Source: an uncultured Mycoplasma sp. (lineage in GTDB: Bacteria > Bacillota_I > Bacilli_A > RF39 > UBA660). From it: a DNA stretch of 64,000 nucleotides. Below, piece after piece: positions 1-9,937 of this stretch. The position numbers and the translations under genes are program-made. A model generated the notes under the pieces. It saw only the letters and a list, made by a program, of their open reading frames with translations. It was not told the origin of the DNA and did not search any database. Position 1 is the first letter of the stretch. Each line of letters begins with the position of its first letter. The DNA is taken from the NCBI GenBank assembly GCA_946500895.1, contig CAMMXG010000002.1, forward strand, positions 6,574 through 70,573, read 5' to 3'.

Positions 1-3000
1 CCGTATTTAGACTTTCATTAAATGTTATTTCTGTTGCTAGTGTTTCATTCATAACATAATCTTTAAACATATCAACAGCCTTTTTAATATCTTCATCACC
101 ATTATAATCAATCGTAATACGATCTGCTACATTATAATCTTCTTGTTTTCTGATATTTTGAATTTTTGATACAAATTCACGAGCAATACCTTCTAAAATT
201 AATTCAGGAGAACGTACTGTATTTAAAATAACAAATAAATTATTTTCCATACCTACATCATAACCCTCTTTGGCAGTAATACGAATATCGGTATAACTAG
301 AATCAATTTCATAATCGGTATCATCAATTGTGATATGAATGCTTTCGCCCTTATTTAGTTTGGTAATTTCTTCGTCGGTTAGGCCTGCTAAAATATCACT
401 AAATACTTTGATATTCGCACCAAAGATTGGCCCTGCTACTTTGAAGTTTGGTTTTACAAAGAAACTCATGTATTTATTTAAATCACTGGTAAATACTACT
501 TTTTTAACATTTAACTCTTCTAAAATTAAATCTTTTAAATCACCAATTAAGTCTTTTAAATCAGCATTTAATAAACATTCAGATAGTGGTTCTCTTACCT
601 TTATTTTTGCTTCTTCACGAACATTTCTACCAATACTAATTAGAGTTCTTACTGTATCCATTTTTTCTTCTAAAGCTTCGTTGATATATTCCGTATTATA
701 TTTAGGGAAATAAGCAATATGAACTGATTCTTCGCCTGTCAAGTTTCGATATAACTCTTCACTTAAATAAGGAATTACAGGAGCTATCATTTTTGATAAG
801 CCAATTAATACTTCATAAGTAGTACTGTATACAGCTTTTTTAGAATTATCAAGAACACTACCCCAGAAACGATTTCTGTTTCTTCTAATATACCAGTTTG
901 ATAAATCTTCTGATACAAAATTGGTAATACTCTTTACTACTTTGTTTAAATCATATTCGTTGTATGATTCGGTTACATATTTTAACAAGTTATGATATTT
1001 AGATAATAACCATTTATCTATTTCTTCTAAATCTTCATATTCTACTTTACATTCATCAATATCAATGTTATCGGTATTGGCATATAAAGCAAAGAAGTTA
1101 TATGTATTTCTTAATGGATTAAAGAATTTAGAATATACTTCTTTTAATCCATCTTCATCAAATTTGATTGGTGTCCATACCGGAGAAGTATATGGAAGAT
1201 ACCAACGAATCGTATCTACACCATAACGTTCCATTAAACTAAATGGTTCAATGGCATTGCCTTTTGATTTATGCATTTTTTTACCATATTTATCTAGTAA
1301 TAATTCATTTACTAAAACATTTTTATATGGACTTACACCTTTAACAAAAGTTGCTATTACAATTAGAGAATAGAACCAACCTCTGGTTTGATCAATTCCT
1401 TCACAAATAAAGTCAGCTGGAAATTGATTTTCAAATAATTCCATATTCTCAAATGGGTAATGATATTGAGCAAATGGCATAGATCCTGAATCAAACCAAC
1501 AATCGATTACTTCTGGAGTACGACTCATTACTTTACCGCATTTTGGACATTTAATATGAACATCATCGACATATGGGCGATGTAAATCAATAGTTTCATC
1601 AATGTCTTCTATTGCTTTTTCCACTAATTCGCTGCGTGAACCAATCATATCCATATGACCACATTCACATCTCCAAAGTGGTAGTGGTGTACCCCAATAA
1701 CGACTTCTCGAAATAGCCCAATCATTTAAGTTTTCTAACCAATTACCAAATCTTTTTTCACCAACATAATCTGGATACCAATTTACCTTTTTATTATTTT
1801 CCACTATTTTGTCTTTAATTTTGGTAATTTCTAAATAATAGCTAGGTTTAGAATAATAAATTAGTGGGGTATTACAACGCCAGCAGTGAGGATAGTTGTG
1901 CTTCATATGAATTTTTTTAAATAGCTTGTTATTTTCTTTTAAATATTTGATTACTTCTTTATCGGCATCAAAGACATTCATGCCCTTCCATAATCCTTCA
2001 GTATAACAGCCATCATCGCCAACTGGATTTAAAATTGGTAAGTTATATCTTTTTCCTACTTCATAGTCATCAGCACCAAAAGCAGGAGCCATATGAACAA
2101 TACCAGTTCCATCTTCCATGGTTACATAAGTATCACATGTTACATAAAAAGCTTTTTTGTTTACTGTTAGGCTTGGTATTAATTGCTCATAGCCAACATT
2201 TTCTAAAGTACTTCCTAAGAAACGATCTAAAACCGTGTATTCATCTCCTAGAATGCTTGAAGCGAGTTTCTCAGCGAGAATAAATTTATATCCTTTTGAT
2301 TCTACTCTTACATAATATTCATCAGGATTAACACATAAAGCAACATTGGAAATCAGTGTCCATGGTGTTGTTGTCCATACTAAGAAATATTCATCCGCAT
2401 CAATTCTTTTGAATGGTACTACTACTGTATCGACATCAATTTCTTTATATCCTTGTTGAACTTCATGAGTGGCTAGTCCAGTTCCACATCTAGGACAATA
2501 AGGAAGAATTTTTAGGCCTTCATAAAACATACCTTCATCAAAGAATTTCTTTAAAATCCACCACTCTGTTTCAATGTAATCATTATCATAAGTGATATAT
2601 GGATGTTCTAAATCAATAAATTGACCCATTTCTTTGGTAAGACGAGAGAATGCATCTTCATTTTCCCAAACTGTTTCCCGACATTTTTGATTAAATTCTT
2701 TAATACCATATTTTTCGATATCGCCTTTCCCACTAAAGCCAAGTTTCTTTTCAACTTGAACTTCTACTGGTAGTCCATGCGTATCCCAACCAATCTTTCT
2801 TAATACTCTTTTTCCTTGCATTGTTTCATATTTGCAAAAAGTATCTTTTAAGAATTTTGCTACCATATGATGTAGTCCTGGCATACCATTTGCAGTTGCG
2901 GGTCCATCATAGAAAACAAAGTTGTTGTTTTTATCTCTTGTTTCAATACTTCTTTTTAAAATATCAATTTTATCCCAGTAATCCCTTATATCCTTTTCTA

Positions 3001-3043
3001 CTAAATTAACATTACGTTTGTCTAAATCTTTAAAATTTTTCAT
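1..3043 (-). CDS. ileS: Isoleucyl-tRNA synthetase (long, type-2-like form); C-terminal end lies beyond the window edge
   Basis: ATG at 3043 with GGAGGA RBS (3048-3053). My translation reads MKNFKDLDKRNVNLVEKDIRDYWDKIDILKRSIETRDKNNNFVFYDGPATANGMPGLHHMVAKF (class I HIGH-type signature). An in-frame KMHKSKG (KMSKS-type) sits near nt 1276. I did not translate the rest of the frame; the gene is missing from the ORF track, presumably because it has no in-window stop. T-box leader directly upstream. Confidence 0.85.
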   Translation of the reverse strand, partial: MKNFKDLDKRNVNLVEKDIRDYWDKIDILKRSIETRDKNNNFVFYDGPATANGMPGLHHMVAKFLKDTFCKYETMQGKRVLRKIGWDTHGLPVEVQVEKKLGFSGKGDIEKYGIKEFNQKCRETVWENEDAFSRLTKEMGQFIDLEHPYITYDNDYIETEWWILKKFFDEGMFYEGLKILPYCPRCGTGLATHEVQQGYKEIDVDTVVVPFKRIDADEYFLVWTTTPWTLISNVALCVNPDEYYVRVESKGYKFILAEKLASSILGDEYTVLDRFLGSTLENVGYEQLIPSLTVNKKAFYVTCDTYVTMEDGTGIVHMAPAFGADDYEVGKRYNLPILNPVGDDGCYTEGLWKGMNVFDADKEVIKYLKENNKLFKKIHMKHNYPHCWRCNTPLIYYSKPSYYLEITKIKDKIVENNKKVNWYPDYVGEKRFGNWLENLNDWAISRSRYWGTPLPLWRCECGHMDMIGSRSELVEKAIEDIDETIDLHRPYVDDVHIKCPKCGKVMSRTPEVIDCWFDSGSMPFAQYHYPFENMELFENQFPADFICEGIDQTRGWFYSLIVIATFVKGVSPYKNVLVNELLLDKYGKKMHKSKGNAIEPFSLMERYGVDTIRWYLPYTSPVWTPIKFDEDGLKEVYSKFFNPLRNTYNFFALYANTDNIDIDECKVEYEDLEEIDKWLLSKYHNLLKYVTESYNEYDLNKVVKSITNFVSEDLSNWYIRRNRNRFWGSVLDNSKKAVYSTTYEVLIGLSKMIAPVIPYLSEELYRNLTGEESVHIAYFPKYNTEYINEALEEKMDTVRTLISIGRNVREEAKIKVREPLSECLLNADLKDLIGDLKDLILEELNVKKVVFTSDLNKYMSFFVKPNFKVAGPIFGANIKVFSDILAGLTDEEITKLNKGESIHITIDDTDYEIDSSYTDIRITAKEGYDVGMENNLFVILNTVRSPELILEGIAREFVSKIQNIRKQEDYNVADRITIDYNGDEDIKKAVDMFKDYVMNETLATEITFNESLNT

Positions 3044-3061
3044 AGTTCCTCCTTCTAAACA

Positions 3062-3236
3062 TAAAAAAGGTAGCACCAAAGGGCGAATATTTATCCGCGG
3101 TACCACCTTTATTTATAACTTATCTTTTTAACGCAAAGCTACGTAATATTCTAATCATTCAAATATTAGACTCCCAAGTGATTTTTTAAAAGACTATTCT
3201 CTAATTTCCACCAACCATTAGCTCTCTATGCAATTC
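3062..3236 (-). promoter_or_regulatory. T-box leader (tRNA-sensing riboswitch) with terminator/antiterminator, upstream of ileS
   Basis: The reverse complement contains AGAGAG, GGTGGAA and the T-box core AAGGTGGTACCGCGG (3095-3109). Its 5' part AAAGGTGGTACC can pair with GGTGCTACCTTT followed by TTTTAT (terminator, about 3062-3111). Specifier codon not resolved by eye. Confidence 0.8.
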
Positions 3237-3241
3237 ATCTT

Positions 3242-3511
3242 TTAAACGTCTTGTTCATCGTCTGTAACGCTATTTAAGTAGTCAAGTGCAAACATTGCAG
3301 ATATTGCTTCTATTATGTTTTCATCTTCTACTTCTTCGGTAAATAAATTACCATTTTCATTAATCTCTTTAAAATATTTATATTCACTTTTAGGCATTTC
3401 TTCTTCATCTATTTCTACACAATATAAATATTTATCATGATTAAACTCAGCTGTATCTAACACCATATACTCTACATTATCTTCTAATGTAATAATATCC
3501 TCTTTATTCAT
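3242..3511 (-). CDS. Small acidic protein, DUF1292-like (tentative)
   Basis: 89-aa ORF, Asp/Glu-rich. The pattern ITLEDN.EY.VLDT..F....YLY....DEEE resembles YrzB/DUF1292-type proteins. Its start shares nt 3511 with the stop of the upstream 1035-aa ORF (coupled). Confidence 0.4.
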   Translation of the reverse strand: MNKEDIITLEDNVEYMVLDTAEFNHDKYLYCVEIDEEEMPKSEYKYFKEINENGNLFTEEVEDENIIEAISAMFALDYLNSVTDDEQDV

Positions 3512-6500
3512 TATCGACTCCTTTTTGTAGTATCAATTTGATTCATGAAGTTTGCTACATCACTTCTGGCTTGAACTAACTCTTCATAATTATTCATATT
3601 ATATTTGCTTAAATCAATACCTGTTTCATCAAATACTAATTTTTGATACTCACTGGCTTTTGTCGTATCATTAGATTTGATTGCATCGATGTAATTATCT
3701 ACATAAGCTAATACTGTGTTTTTGCTTATTTTTGTATCATGATAATTCATATAATTAGCTACATCGCTTCTGGCCTGAACTAGTTCTTTATAATTATTCA
3801 TATCATATTTGCTTAAATCAATATTTGTGTCTTTCAATACTAATTGCTGATATTCACTAGCCTTTTTGGTATCGCCAGATTGCATTGCATCAATGTAATT
3901 ATCAACGCGACCTAATTGCACATCTTTGTCACTGAAAGTAGCATAAATTTCATCATCTGTTGGGATAGTAATTGTTACTGGAGCTGGTTCAGATGCTGGG
4001 CCTTTAATAACCGGTTCATCACTTAAAGCAGTAGGCCTTATATATTCGGCATCTTCGGCATGCTTAATACGATTGAATCTTTCATTAATACGGTCTTCGA
4101 TCATTTGCCTTTTTTCCTCTTCTACTTGATTTTGAACATTTTTTTCTATTTCTTCAAAATTATCATCGAGTGGCTCTACATCTTTTATATCTGGATCAAA
4201 GCCCATTTTAGCGTCCATTACTTCTTTTTCTAATTCCATATTATTTGCATTGGTTGCATAGGCTAGATTTTCAGTAAATTCGCTTGCTTTAGCAGATAAG
4301 GTTTTACCTAATTCTTTTGATTTATCTATTAATTTTTCTCCTAAATCTAATATGCGTCTTGCCACTGTTTTTCGATTTGGATCTGGAAGTCTGTTTTCGT
4401 CTTGCTTTATTAATCCTTTTATTCCTTTTACGGCTCCGACTGTACCTATTCCGATTATTCCTACTTTACCTAAAGCAGTAGCAAGGGCTGCGAAAGCTTG
4501 AGATGCAGCAACATTTAGATTTAACTCGCCAAGAGTTAGTCCTAAGGTATTTATAATTGTACTATTAATTCCCCCAAGTACTCCCGATAAAGCTGGATTT
4601 GCCATAGCTAAGCAACTATTAGCATAAACAATTGTTGGAGCTAAAGTAGATAGAGTATACAAAACGACGAAAGATGATACTCCAATCAATGCAAGCTTTT
4701 TCCAATTTTTCTTCCACCAATTTATAGTTTCAGGTTTACATTTACGAATTGCTTTTACCGCTCTTCTTTTTAGTGGTTCTTTTGGCGATTTTTTCTTATC
4801 TTCTTCAGAAGATTTGCTTTCTTCATTTGATTTTTCTTCCTCTGAAGTTAAAGTTTCAGTAGATGATGATGGAGTATCTTTCTTTTTACTCTCTTCTTCA
4901 GATGATGTCGAAGCAGATGATGATTGTCCGGAAGATGAAGTTCCCTTTTTGATTTTTGCTTCTTCTAATTCTTTTGCCACTTGCTGATATGCTTCAGCTT
5001 GATCACTATTTATTAAAGCACCATTTATTTCTGCTAAATCGCTGTTTGGATTAGCATTTTTTAAGATAGCATATTTTCTACTTAATAAATTATACTCTTC
5101 TAAGTCACTTGCTAGAATTTCTTTTCCTTCGGCTAAAGTGGCATTTGGTGTTGCTTTGGCTTTTTTTATTAAGTCTGTTAATTCTTGTTCTACTTCCTTA
5201 ATTAGTGGACCATTTTGCTCTTCTACTTTTTTTGCCATGAAATTTGGTGTAAAGTATTTCGTATTGTTTAATAATTCTTTATATTTTGGCATATCTTTAG
5301 AAGCTACATTGCCACCTTCACTGATACTAATTAAATTCTCTTTAGAGTTTTGCAAAATATTAATAATAGCTAAAACATTTTCGTATTCTTGTTTATCTTC
5401 GGGAAGAACAACTGCATTTGCTACTTGGGTTAAAGGAATATTGGTTAGACCTTGATAATTTCTAACTTTATCTTCTAAACTTGTTAAATATCCTTTTAGT
5501 TTGCTAATTAATATTTCATTTTCTTTTACTTTTTCTAAATCAGGATTGTATCCTTTAAAGTATTCTGTATTCTTTAATAGGTTTATAAATGGTTCTTTAT
5601 CTATTCCATTTACATAAGCAATATCCCAAACTGGTGTTAAAGCAAATTCAGTATTGTTTGCTCTATTTAATATTTGAAGTATTTTAATTAGATTATCATA
5701 CTCTAACTCATCACTTGGTAAGTTTTCGTTTTTAATTTTTTCTCTTAGTCGTTCTAATTCCTTAGAAATACTTGCAATAATTTTGTCATTTGGATTTTCT
5801 TCTTTTGGTGCTTCTTTGATTTCTTCTTTTTTTACTAAACTTAAAAAGTTTATTTTTGGTAACAATTCTTTTACAGCGTCTACTTGATGAGGATTTACAC
5901 AAAGAGTATTATCAACGCTTATAATTGGATCTTTTTCATTTACATTTTCAATTATTTTTAATAAAATGTATAAATTATCATAATTTTCTTTATCTTTGGC
6001 TAAAATAGAGGCACCATCTAATCCAAAGCCTATGGATGTACCTGCTCTGGTATTTAGATAACTTTCTCTTAAGAATTTCATTTCCTCTTCCACAGCTTTT
6101 TTTATTTCATTATTAACTTTATCTTTTATTTCGGCGATAGCATTTCTAATTATAATTTCGTTTTCTGATAAAGTTTTTAAGGAATTTTGAAGATTGGTAA
6201 TCTCTTCCCAAGTTTTAGGATCAGAAATATTTCTACTGTTTAAATCAGCTAAAGCTTTGCGATATTTTTCACGATCATTTGCATTAATTGCAAGACTTCT
6301 ATTTAAAGCATCTAGGCGATCTAATTCACTTTTATTCATAGAATATAGTTCATAAGCTTTAGATAAAACATGTTCGCCCTCAACTCTAGCTAGTTCATCT
6401 GATAATTCATAATATACTTCTTTAATATAATCGTCATTATTAACAATTACATTGTTTTTTAAACCGTAATAAAATCTAGCATTTGCTTTAAACTCATCTA

Positions 6501-6618
6501 CTCTACCTTTTTTTACATGAATTCTTGTGCCAGGTATCACTTCCAATTCATTTTCTGGTAAATTTTCAGCTTCTTTTATTATTTCTAAAAGCGTTGTTTT
6601 TAACATTTCTTCATTCAT
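3511..6618 (-). CDS. Large repeat-containing membrane protein of unknown function
   Basis: 1035-aa ORF. N-terminal Lys/Glu-rich region with a recurring EY(D/E)N(L/V)..IL.I..N module. Ser/Glu/Lys low-complexity linker. Several hydrophobic segments (LALIGVSSFVVLYTLSTLAPTIVYA, AFAALATALGKVGIIGIGTVGAV). Two C-terminal 55-aa repeats. No family recognised. Confidence 0.6.
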   Translation of the reverse strand: MNEEMLKTTLLEIIKEAENLPENELEVIPGTRIHVKKGRVDEFKANARFYYGLKNNVIVNNDDYIKEVYYELSDELARVEGEHVLSKAYELYSMNKSELDRLDALNRSLAINANDREKYRKALADLNSRNISDPKTWEEITNLQNSLKTLSENEIIIRNAIAEIKDKVNNEIKKAVEEEMKFLRESYLNTRAGTSIGFGLDGASILAKDKENYDNLYILLKIIENVNEKDPIISVDNTLCVNPHQVDAVKELLPKINFLSLVKKEEIKEAPKEENPNDKIIASISKELERLREKIKNENLPSDELEYDNLIKILQILNRANNTEFALTPVWDIAYVNGIDKEPFINLLKNTEYFKGYNPDLEKVKENEILISKLKGYLTSLEDKVRNYQGLTNIPLTQVANAVVLPEDKQEYENVLAIINILQNSKENLISISEGGNVASKDMPKYKELLNNTKYFTPNFMAKKVEEQNGPLIKEVEQELTDLIKKAKATPNATLAEGKEILASDLEEYNLLSRKYAILKNANPNSDLAEINGALINSDQAEAYQQVAKELEEAKIKKGTSSSGQSSSASTSSEEESKKKDTPSSSTETLTSEEEKSNEESKSSEEDKKKSPKEPLKRRAVKAIRKCKPETINWWKKNWKKLALIGVSSFVVLYTLSTLAPTIVYANSCLAMANPALSGVLGGINSTIINTLGLTLGELNLNVAASQAFAALATALGKVGIIGIGTVGAVKGIKGLIKQDENRLPDPNRKTVARRILDLGEKLIDKSKELGKTLSAKASEFTENLAYATNANNMELEKEVMDAKMGFDPDIKDVEPLDDNFEEIEKNVQNQVEEEKRQMIEDRINERFNRIKHAEDAEYIRPTALSDEPVIKGPASEPAPVTITIPTDDEIYATFSDKDVQLGRVDNYIDAMQSGDTKKASEYQQLVLKDTNIDLSKYDMNNYKELVQARSDVANYMNYHDTKISKNTVLAYVDNYIDAIKSNDTTKASEYQKLVFDETGIDLSKYNMNNYEELVQARSDVANFMNQIDTTKRSR
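3538..3906 (-). repeat. Tandem in-frame 55-codon repeat (two copies, 3742-3906 and 3538-3702) inside the 1035-aa ORF
   Basis: Copies VDNYIDAMQSGDTKKASEYQQLVLKDTNIDLSKYDMNNYKELVQARSDVANYMNY and VDNYIDAIKSNDTTKASEYQKLVFDETGIDLSKYNMNNYEELVQARSDVANFMNQ, separated by 13 aa. Confidence 0.85.
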
Positions 6619-6749
6619 ACTAGTTTCCCTACTTTCACACCAAAAAAATATTTATAAATCTATATCATTATAACATAGATAAGAAAGATAAGCAATTGTA
6701 TTTTATTTGTTTTTATGTTATCATATTAAAGAGTAGAAAGAGGTTAAAT

Positions 6750-8105
6750 ATGAATCCAAATATATTTAGAGAGTATGATATTCGTGGGGTTTATCCTACG
6801 GAAATTAATGAAACGGTTGCTTATACCATTGGTAGAAGTTATGGAAGTTATTTAAGGGAAAAATTAAATCAAACAACTTGTATTGTTTCCTATGATAATC
6901 GTGTTAGTTCGCCAGCACTCGCTGCTTATTTAACGAAAGGTATTACGGATAGTGGCCTAAATGTTTATAATTATGGCCTTACTACTACGCCAATGCATTA
7001 TTATGCTCGTTTTATTCATAACATGTTTGGTATTATGATTACAGCAAGTCATAATCCGAAAGATGATAATGGTTTTAAGTTTTCTTTTGATATGCTTGCT
7101 AATGCACGTGGTGAGATGATTGAAGATTTTAAAAATTATACTTTTGCTGGTAAATTTTTAACTGGTAATGGTACTGTTGCTAGTGGTAATATTACCGAAA
7201 AATATATTGAATATTTAAGATATGGTGTAGAATTTGGTAGAAGAAAAAGAAAAGTAATTCTCGATTTAGGAAATGGTACAACCTCTATTATTGCTAGAAA
7301 AATATTTGAAAAAGTTAATGTTGATTTTGAAATTTTATTTGAAGAAAGTGATGGTAATTTCCCTAATCATCATCCTGATCCTAATGTGGAAGCTAATCTT
7401 GAAACACTTAAGAAAACAGTTATCGCTAAAAAAGCTGACGTTGGACTTGCTTTTGATGGGGATGGTGATAGACTAGGTATCGTTAATGAAAAAGGACAAG
7501 TTGTTCCTAGTGATCACTATATGATTTTAATTATTCGCGATATTATTAACAAAGTTAAAAATAAAACTTTCCTCTTTGATGTTAAATGTTCTAAAGCAGT
7601 AGAAGATGAAATTAAAAGACTTGGCGGTACACCTGTATGTTACAGAACTGGAGCTAGTTATACTCAAGCGAAAGTGAAAGAAGATGATATGCCTTTTGGC
7701 GGAGAATATTCTGGACATTTTTACTTTAGAGATAAAATTGCGGATGTTGGAAGTGGTATTTATGCTGGACTTAGACTACTCGAAATTCTTAGCAAAACTA
7801 ATAAGAGTTTAAGTGAGCTTTTATCTGATATTCCTAAATATTACAGTACACCAGAGATTAAATTCCCTAGCCCTGATGATAAAAAGTTTGAAGTTATAAA
7901 AATGATTAAAGATTTCTGTGAAATGCAAAAGTGGTCTTTGAATACTATTGATGGTATTAGAGCAAACTTTAGAACCGGTTGGGCTTTGGTTAGAGCTAGT
8001 AATACAGGGCCTAACATTACAATGAGATGTGAAGCAACCGATGAAGCTGGACTTAAAAATCTACAAACAATATTTACTAATTTGGTAAATACTTATAATA
8101 AATAA
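6750..8105 (+). CDS. Phosphomannomutase/phosphoglucomutase family (alpha-D-phosphohexomutase)
   Basis: Starts MNPNIFREYDIRG (ATG 6750; the ORF-track start 6696 is a TTG further upstream). Active-site TASHNPKDDNGFK and Mg-binding FDGDGDR. Confidence 0.8.
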   Translation: MNPNIFREYDIRGVYPTEINETVAYTIGRSYGSYLREKLNQTTCIVSYDNRVSSPALAAYLTKGITDSGLNVYNYGLTTTPMHYYARFIHNMFGIMITASHNPKDDNGFKFSFDMLANARGEMIEDFKNYTFAGKFLTGNGTVASGNITEKYIEYLRYGVEFGRRKRKVILDLGNGTTSIIARKIFEKVNVDFEILFEESDGNFPNHHPDPNVEANLETLKKTVIAKKADVGLAFDGDGDRLGIVNEKGQVVPSDHYMILIIRDIINKVKNKTFLFDVKCSKAVEDEIKRLGGTPVCYRTGASYTQAKVKEDDMPFGGEYSGHFYFRDKIADVGSGIYAGLRLLEILSKTNKSLSELLSDIPKYYSTPEIKFPSPDDKKFEVIKMIKDFCEMQKWSLNTIDGIRANFRTGWALVRASNTGPNITMRCEATDEAGLKNLQTIFTNLVNTYNK

Positions 8106-8127
8106 GAGGTTTCCCCCTCTTTTTTTG
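8105..8127 (+). terminator. Rho-independent terminator after the phosphohexomutase gene
   Basis: AGAGG-tttccc-CCTCT followed by a T7 run. Confidence 0.55.
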
Positions 8128-8172
8128 TTTAAATTACTTGTATTTGTTCATACTAATATCAGGAGGTATTTT

Positions 8173-8361
8173 ATGACACAAAAAGAATTATTATATGTTG
8201 AAGATGCGATAGGCCATGAACAAAATGTAGGACAAATAGTTTCTGAAACAATAAATATGCTTGAAGATAAAAATTTACAGGCTTTTTTAAAAAGTGAATT
8301 AAAAAAACATCAAGCAATTGAAGAAAAACTCATGAATTTACTGGAGAGTGAAGCTGCATGA
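8173..8361 (+). CDS. Small CotF-associated protein (tentative)
   Basis: AGGAGG RBS then ATG at 8173 (MTQKELLYVEDAIGHEQ...). Overlaps the start of the next ORF by 4 nt. Confidence 0.4.
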   Translation: MTQKELLYVEDAIGHEQNVGQIVSETINMLEDKNLQAFLKSELKKHQAIEEKLMNLLESEAA

Positions 8362-8606
8362 ATGATCAATTATTAATGGAAAATATTTTGCTTCTTCTTA
8401 AAAGTAATATGGAAGTTTATGTTCATGGAACTTTAGAGGCCTCTAATAAGTCTGTTCATGAAATGCTACATTATGGCTTGGAAGAAACACTTAAACTTCA
8501 ACATAATCTTTATCAGAAAATGACGGAATGTGGTTGGTACACCGTAAGCAATGTAAGTACGAAAACAATTCATGATACTTTAAAAAAATTAAAAAAGAAA
8601 AATTAA
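8358..8606 (+). CDS. Spore coat protein F (CotF)-like domain protein
   Basis: 82 aa. LLMENILLLLKSNMEVYVHGTLEASNKSVHEML..L.E.L.LQH.LYQKM...GWY matches the Coat_F pattern from memory. Confidence 0.5.
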   Translation: MNDQLLMENILLLLKSNMEVYVHGTLEASNKSVHEMLHYGLEETLKLQHNLYQKMTECGWYTVSNVSTKTIHDTLKKLKKKN

Positions 8607-8629
8607 AAGACGGCTAAAAATTAGTCGTC

Positions 8630-9937
8630 TTATTCTTTGTTTCCAAGTGATTTAAACATCTTTCTCCATAATTTACTTGAAGAATAATTTAGTATTCCTA
8701 CTTTATATATTCTAAGTCCATATTTATATAAGAAATAAGTTACTATAACAGTTATTAAAGTCGATAAGGCAAATGATAATAAGCTTATTTCTCCTATTAA
8801 ATATAGAGTTGGGGCAATCATTACTGATAATAAAGGAATAAAGCTTAAAATATGAATAAATATTGATCCATCAAACATTACTGCCATTAGGGCTACATAA
8901 TAACCTACAAGCATGATTATCATAAGTGGTGTTTGCAGTTGTTGGAAATCTTCTATGTTGGTGGTCATACTCGCAAGAATTGCTGCCGTAATTGCATAAG
9001 CAATAAAACTCGCAATAAACATGATGATTAAGACTATACTACCTTTAGCAAGTAAACTAAATATGCCAGCATCACTTAACATCGTAATAACCTCACTAAA
9101 CATTCCAGTTCCTGCTGTTGCTGCACTAGTACTTGCAAGTATATTTCTGAGTAACATAGCTATTCCTGAATAAACTAATAATAATATTCCTTGAATTAAA
9201 ACATATGATATGGCTGCAATAACTTTAGAAATAAAATGAGTTTTCGCCGGAACACTTGATATAATAATCTCCATTCCCCTACTTGTTTTTTCATCATTAA
9301 TTTCAGCGCCTAACATTTGAACCATTGTTACAATTAATATAAAGAACGGGATAATTAAAATAGTTGTAACAATTGAACCCACATTTTGCTTAGTTTCATT
9401 ACTTTGTGCTTCTTCATTTAACACAGTTTCTGTTATTTTAACTGGACTTGATAAGGCCGTTATTTCTTCTTCTGTTAGTCCACTTGTACTTAATACTAAT
9501 TCACTTTTTACAGCGTTCACTGCATTTACAATCATTTCATAAGTAGTTCTTGATATAGCATTAAATGATACAATTTCACCACTTAAATATTCAGTATTAG
9601 ATGGGTTTAAGACTACAACCACTTCATCATCAATGGCCTCTTTATCATCTAGAATATTATTGTCTAAAATAATTTCATATTCACCATTGTCCATTTCTGT
9701 TGCTAAAGCATTAAAATATGTAGAAAAAGTATCAAAAGAACCTATATTATCAACTACATAAATACTTTCTTTTTCTTCAAAATCGCCACCAAACAAATTA
9801 ATTAAATAATCCATATTTACTAAAAATACAATTAATACTAGTAATAAAACATTGACTATTTTAAACCATTTTGTATCAATTTTTTTCTTTAAGCTGTACT
9901 TTATCAAATATTTAAATTTATTTTTCATAAGCTTCAC
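8630..9937 (-). CDS. ABC-2 type transporter permease
   Basis: 435 aa with an N-terminal TM, a large extracytoplasmic loop and five or more C-terminal TM segments. Overlaps the upstream ATPase gene by 20 nt. Confidence 0.7.
   Translation of the reverse strand: MKLMKNKFKYLIKYSLKKKIDTKWFKIVNVLLLVLIVFLVNMDYLINLFGGDFEEKESIYVVDNIGSFDTFSTYFNALATEMDNGEYEIILDNNILDDKEAIDDEVVVVLNPSNTEYLSGEIVSFNAISRTTYEMIVNAVNAVKSELVLSTSGLTEEEITALSSPVKITETVLNEEAQSNETKQNVGSIVTTILIIPFFILIVTMVQMLGAEINDEKTSRGMEIIISSVPAKTHFISKVIAAISYVLIQGILLLVYSGIAMLLRNILASTSAATAGTGMFSEVITMLSDAGIFSLLAKGSIVLIIMFIASFIAYAITAAILASMTTNIEDFQQLQTPLMIIMLVGYYVALMAVMFDGSIFIHILSFIPLLSVMIAPTLYLIGEISLLSFALSTLITVIVTYFLYKYGLRIYKVGILNYSSSKLWRKMFKSLGNKE

Noticed and set aside
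3062-3236. Assigning the T-box specifier codon (for example AUC in AAAAAUCAC, or AUU in GGAAAUUAG).
   Set aside because: Stem I could not be folded unambiguously by eye. An Ile codon is expected, but the exact triplet needs a covariance-model alignment (Rfam RF00230).
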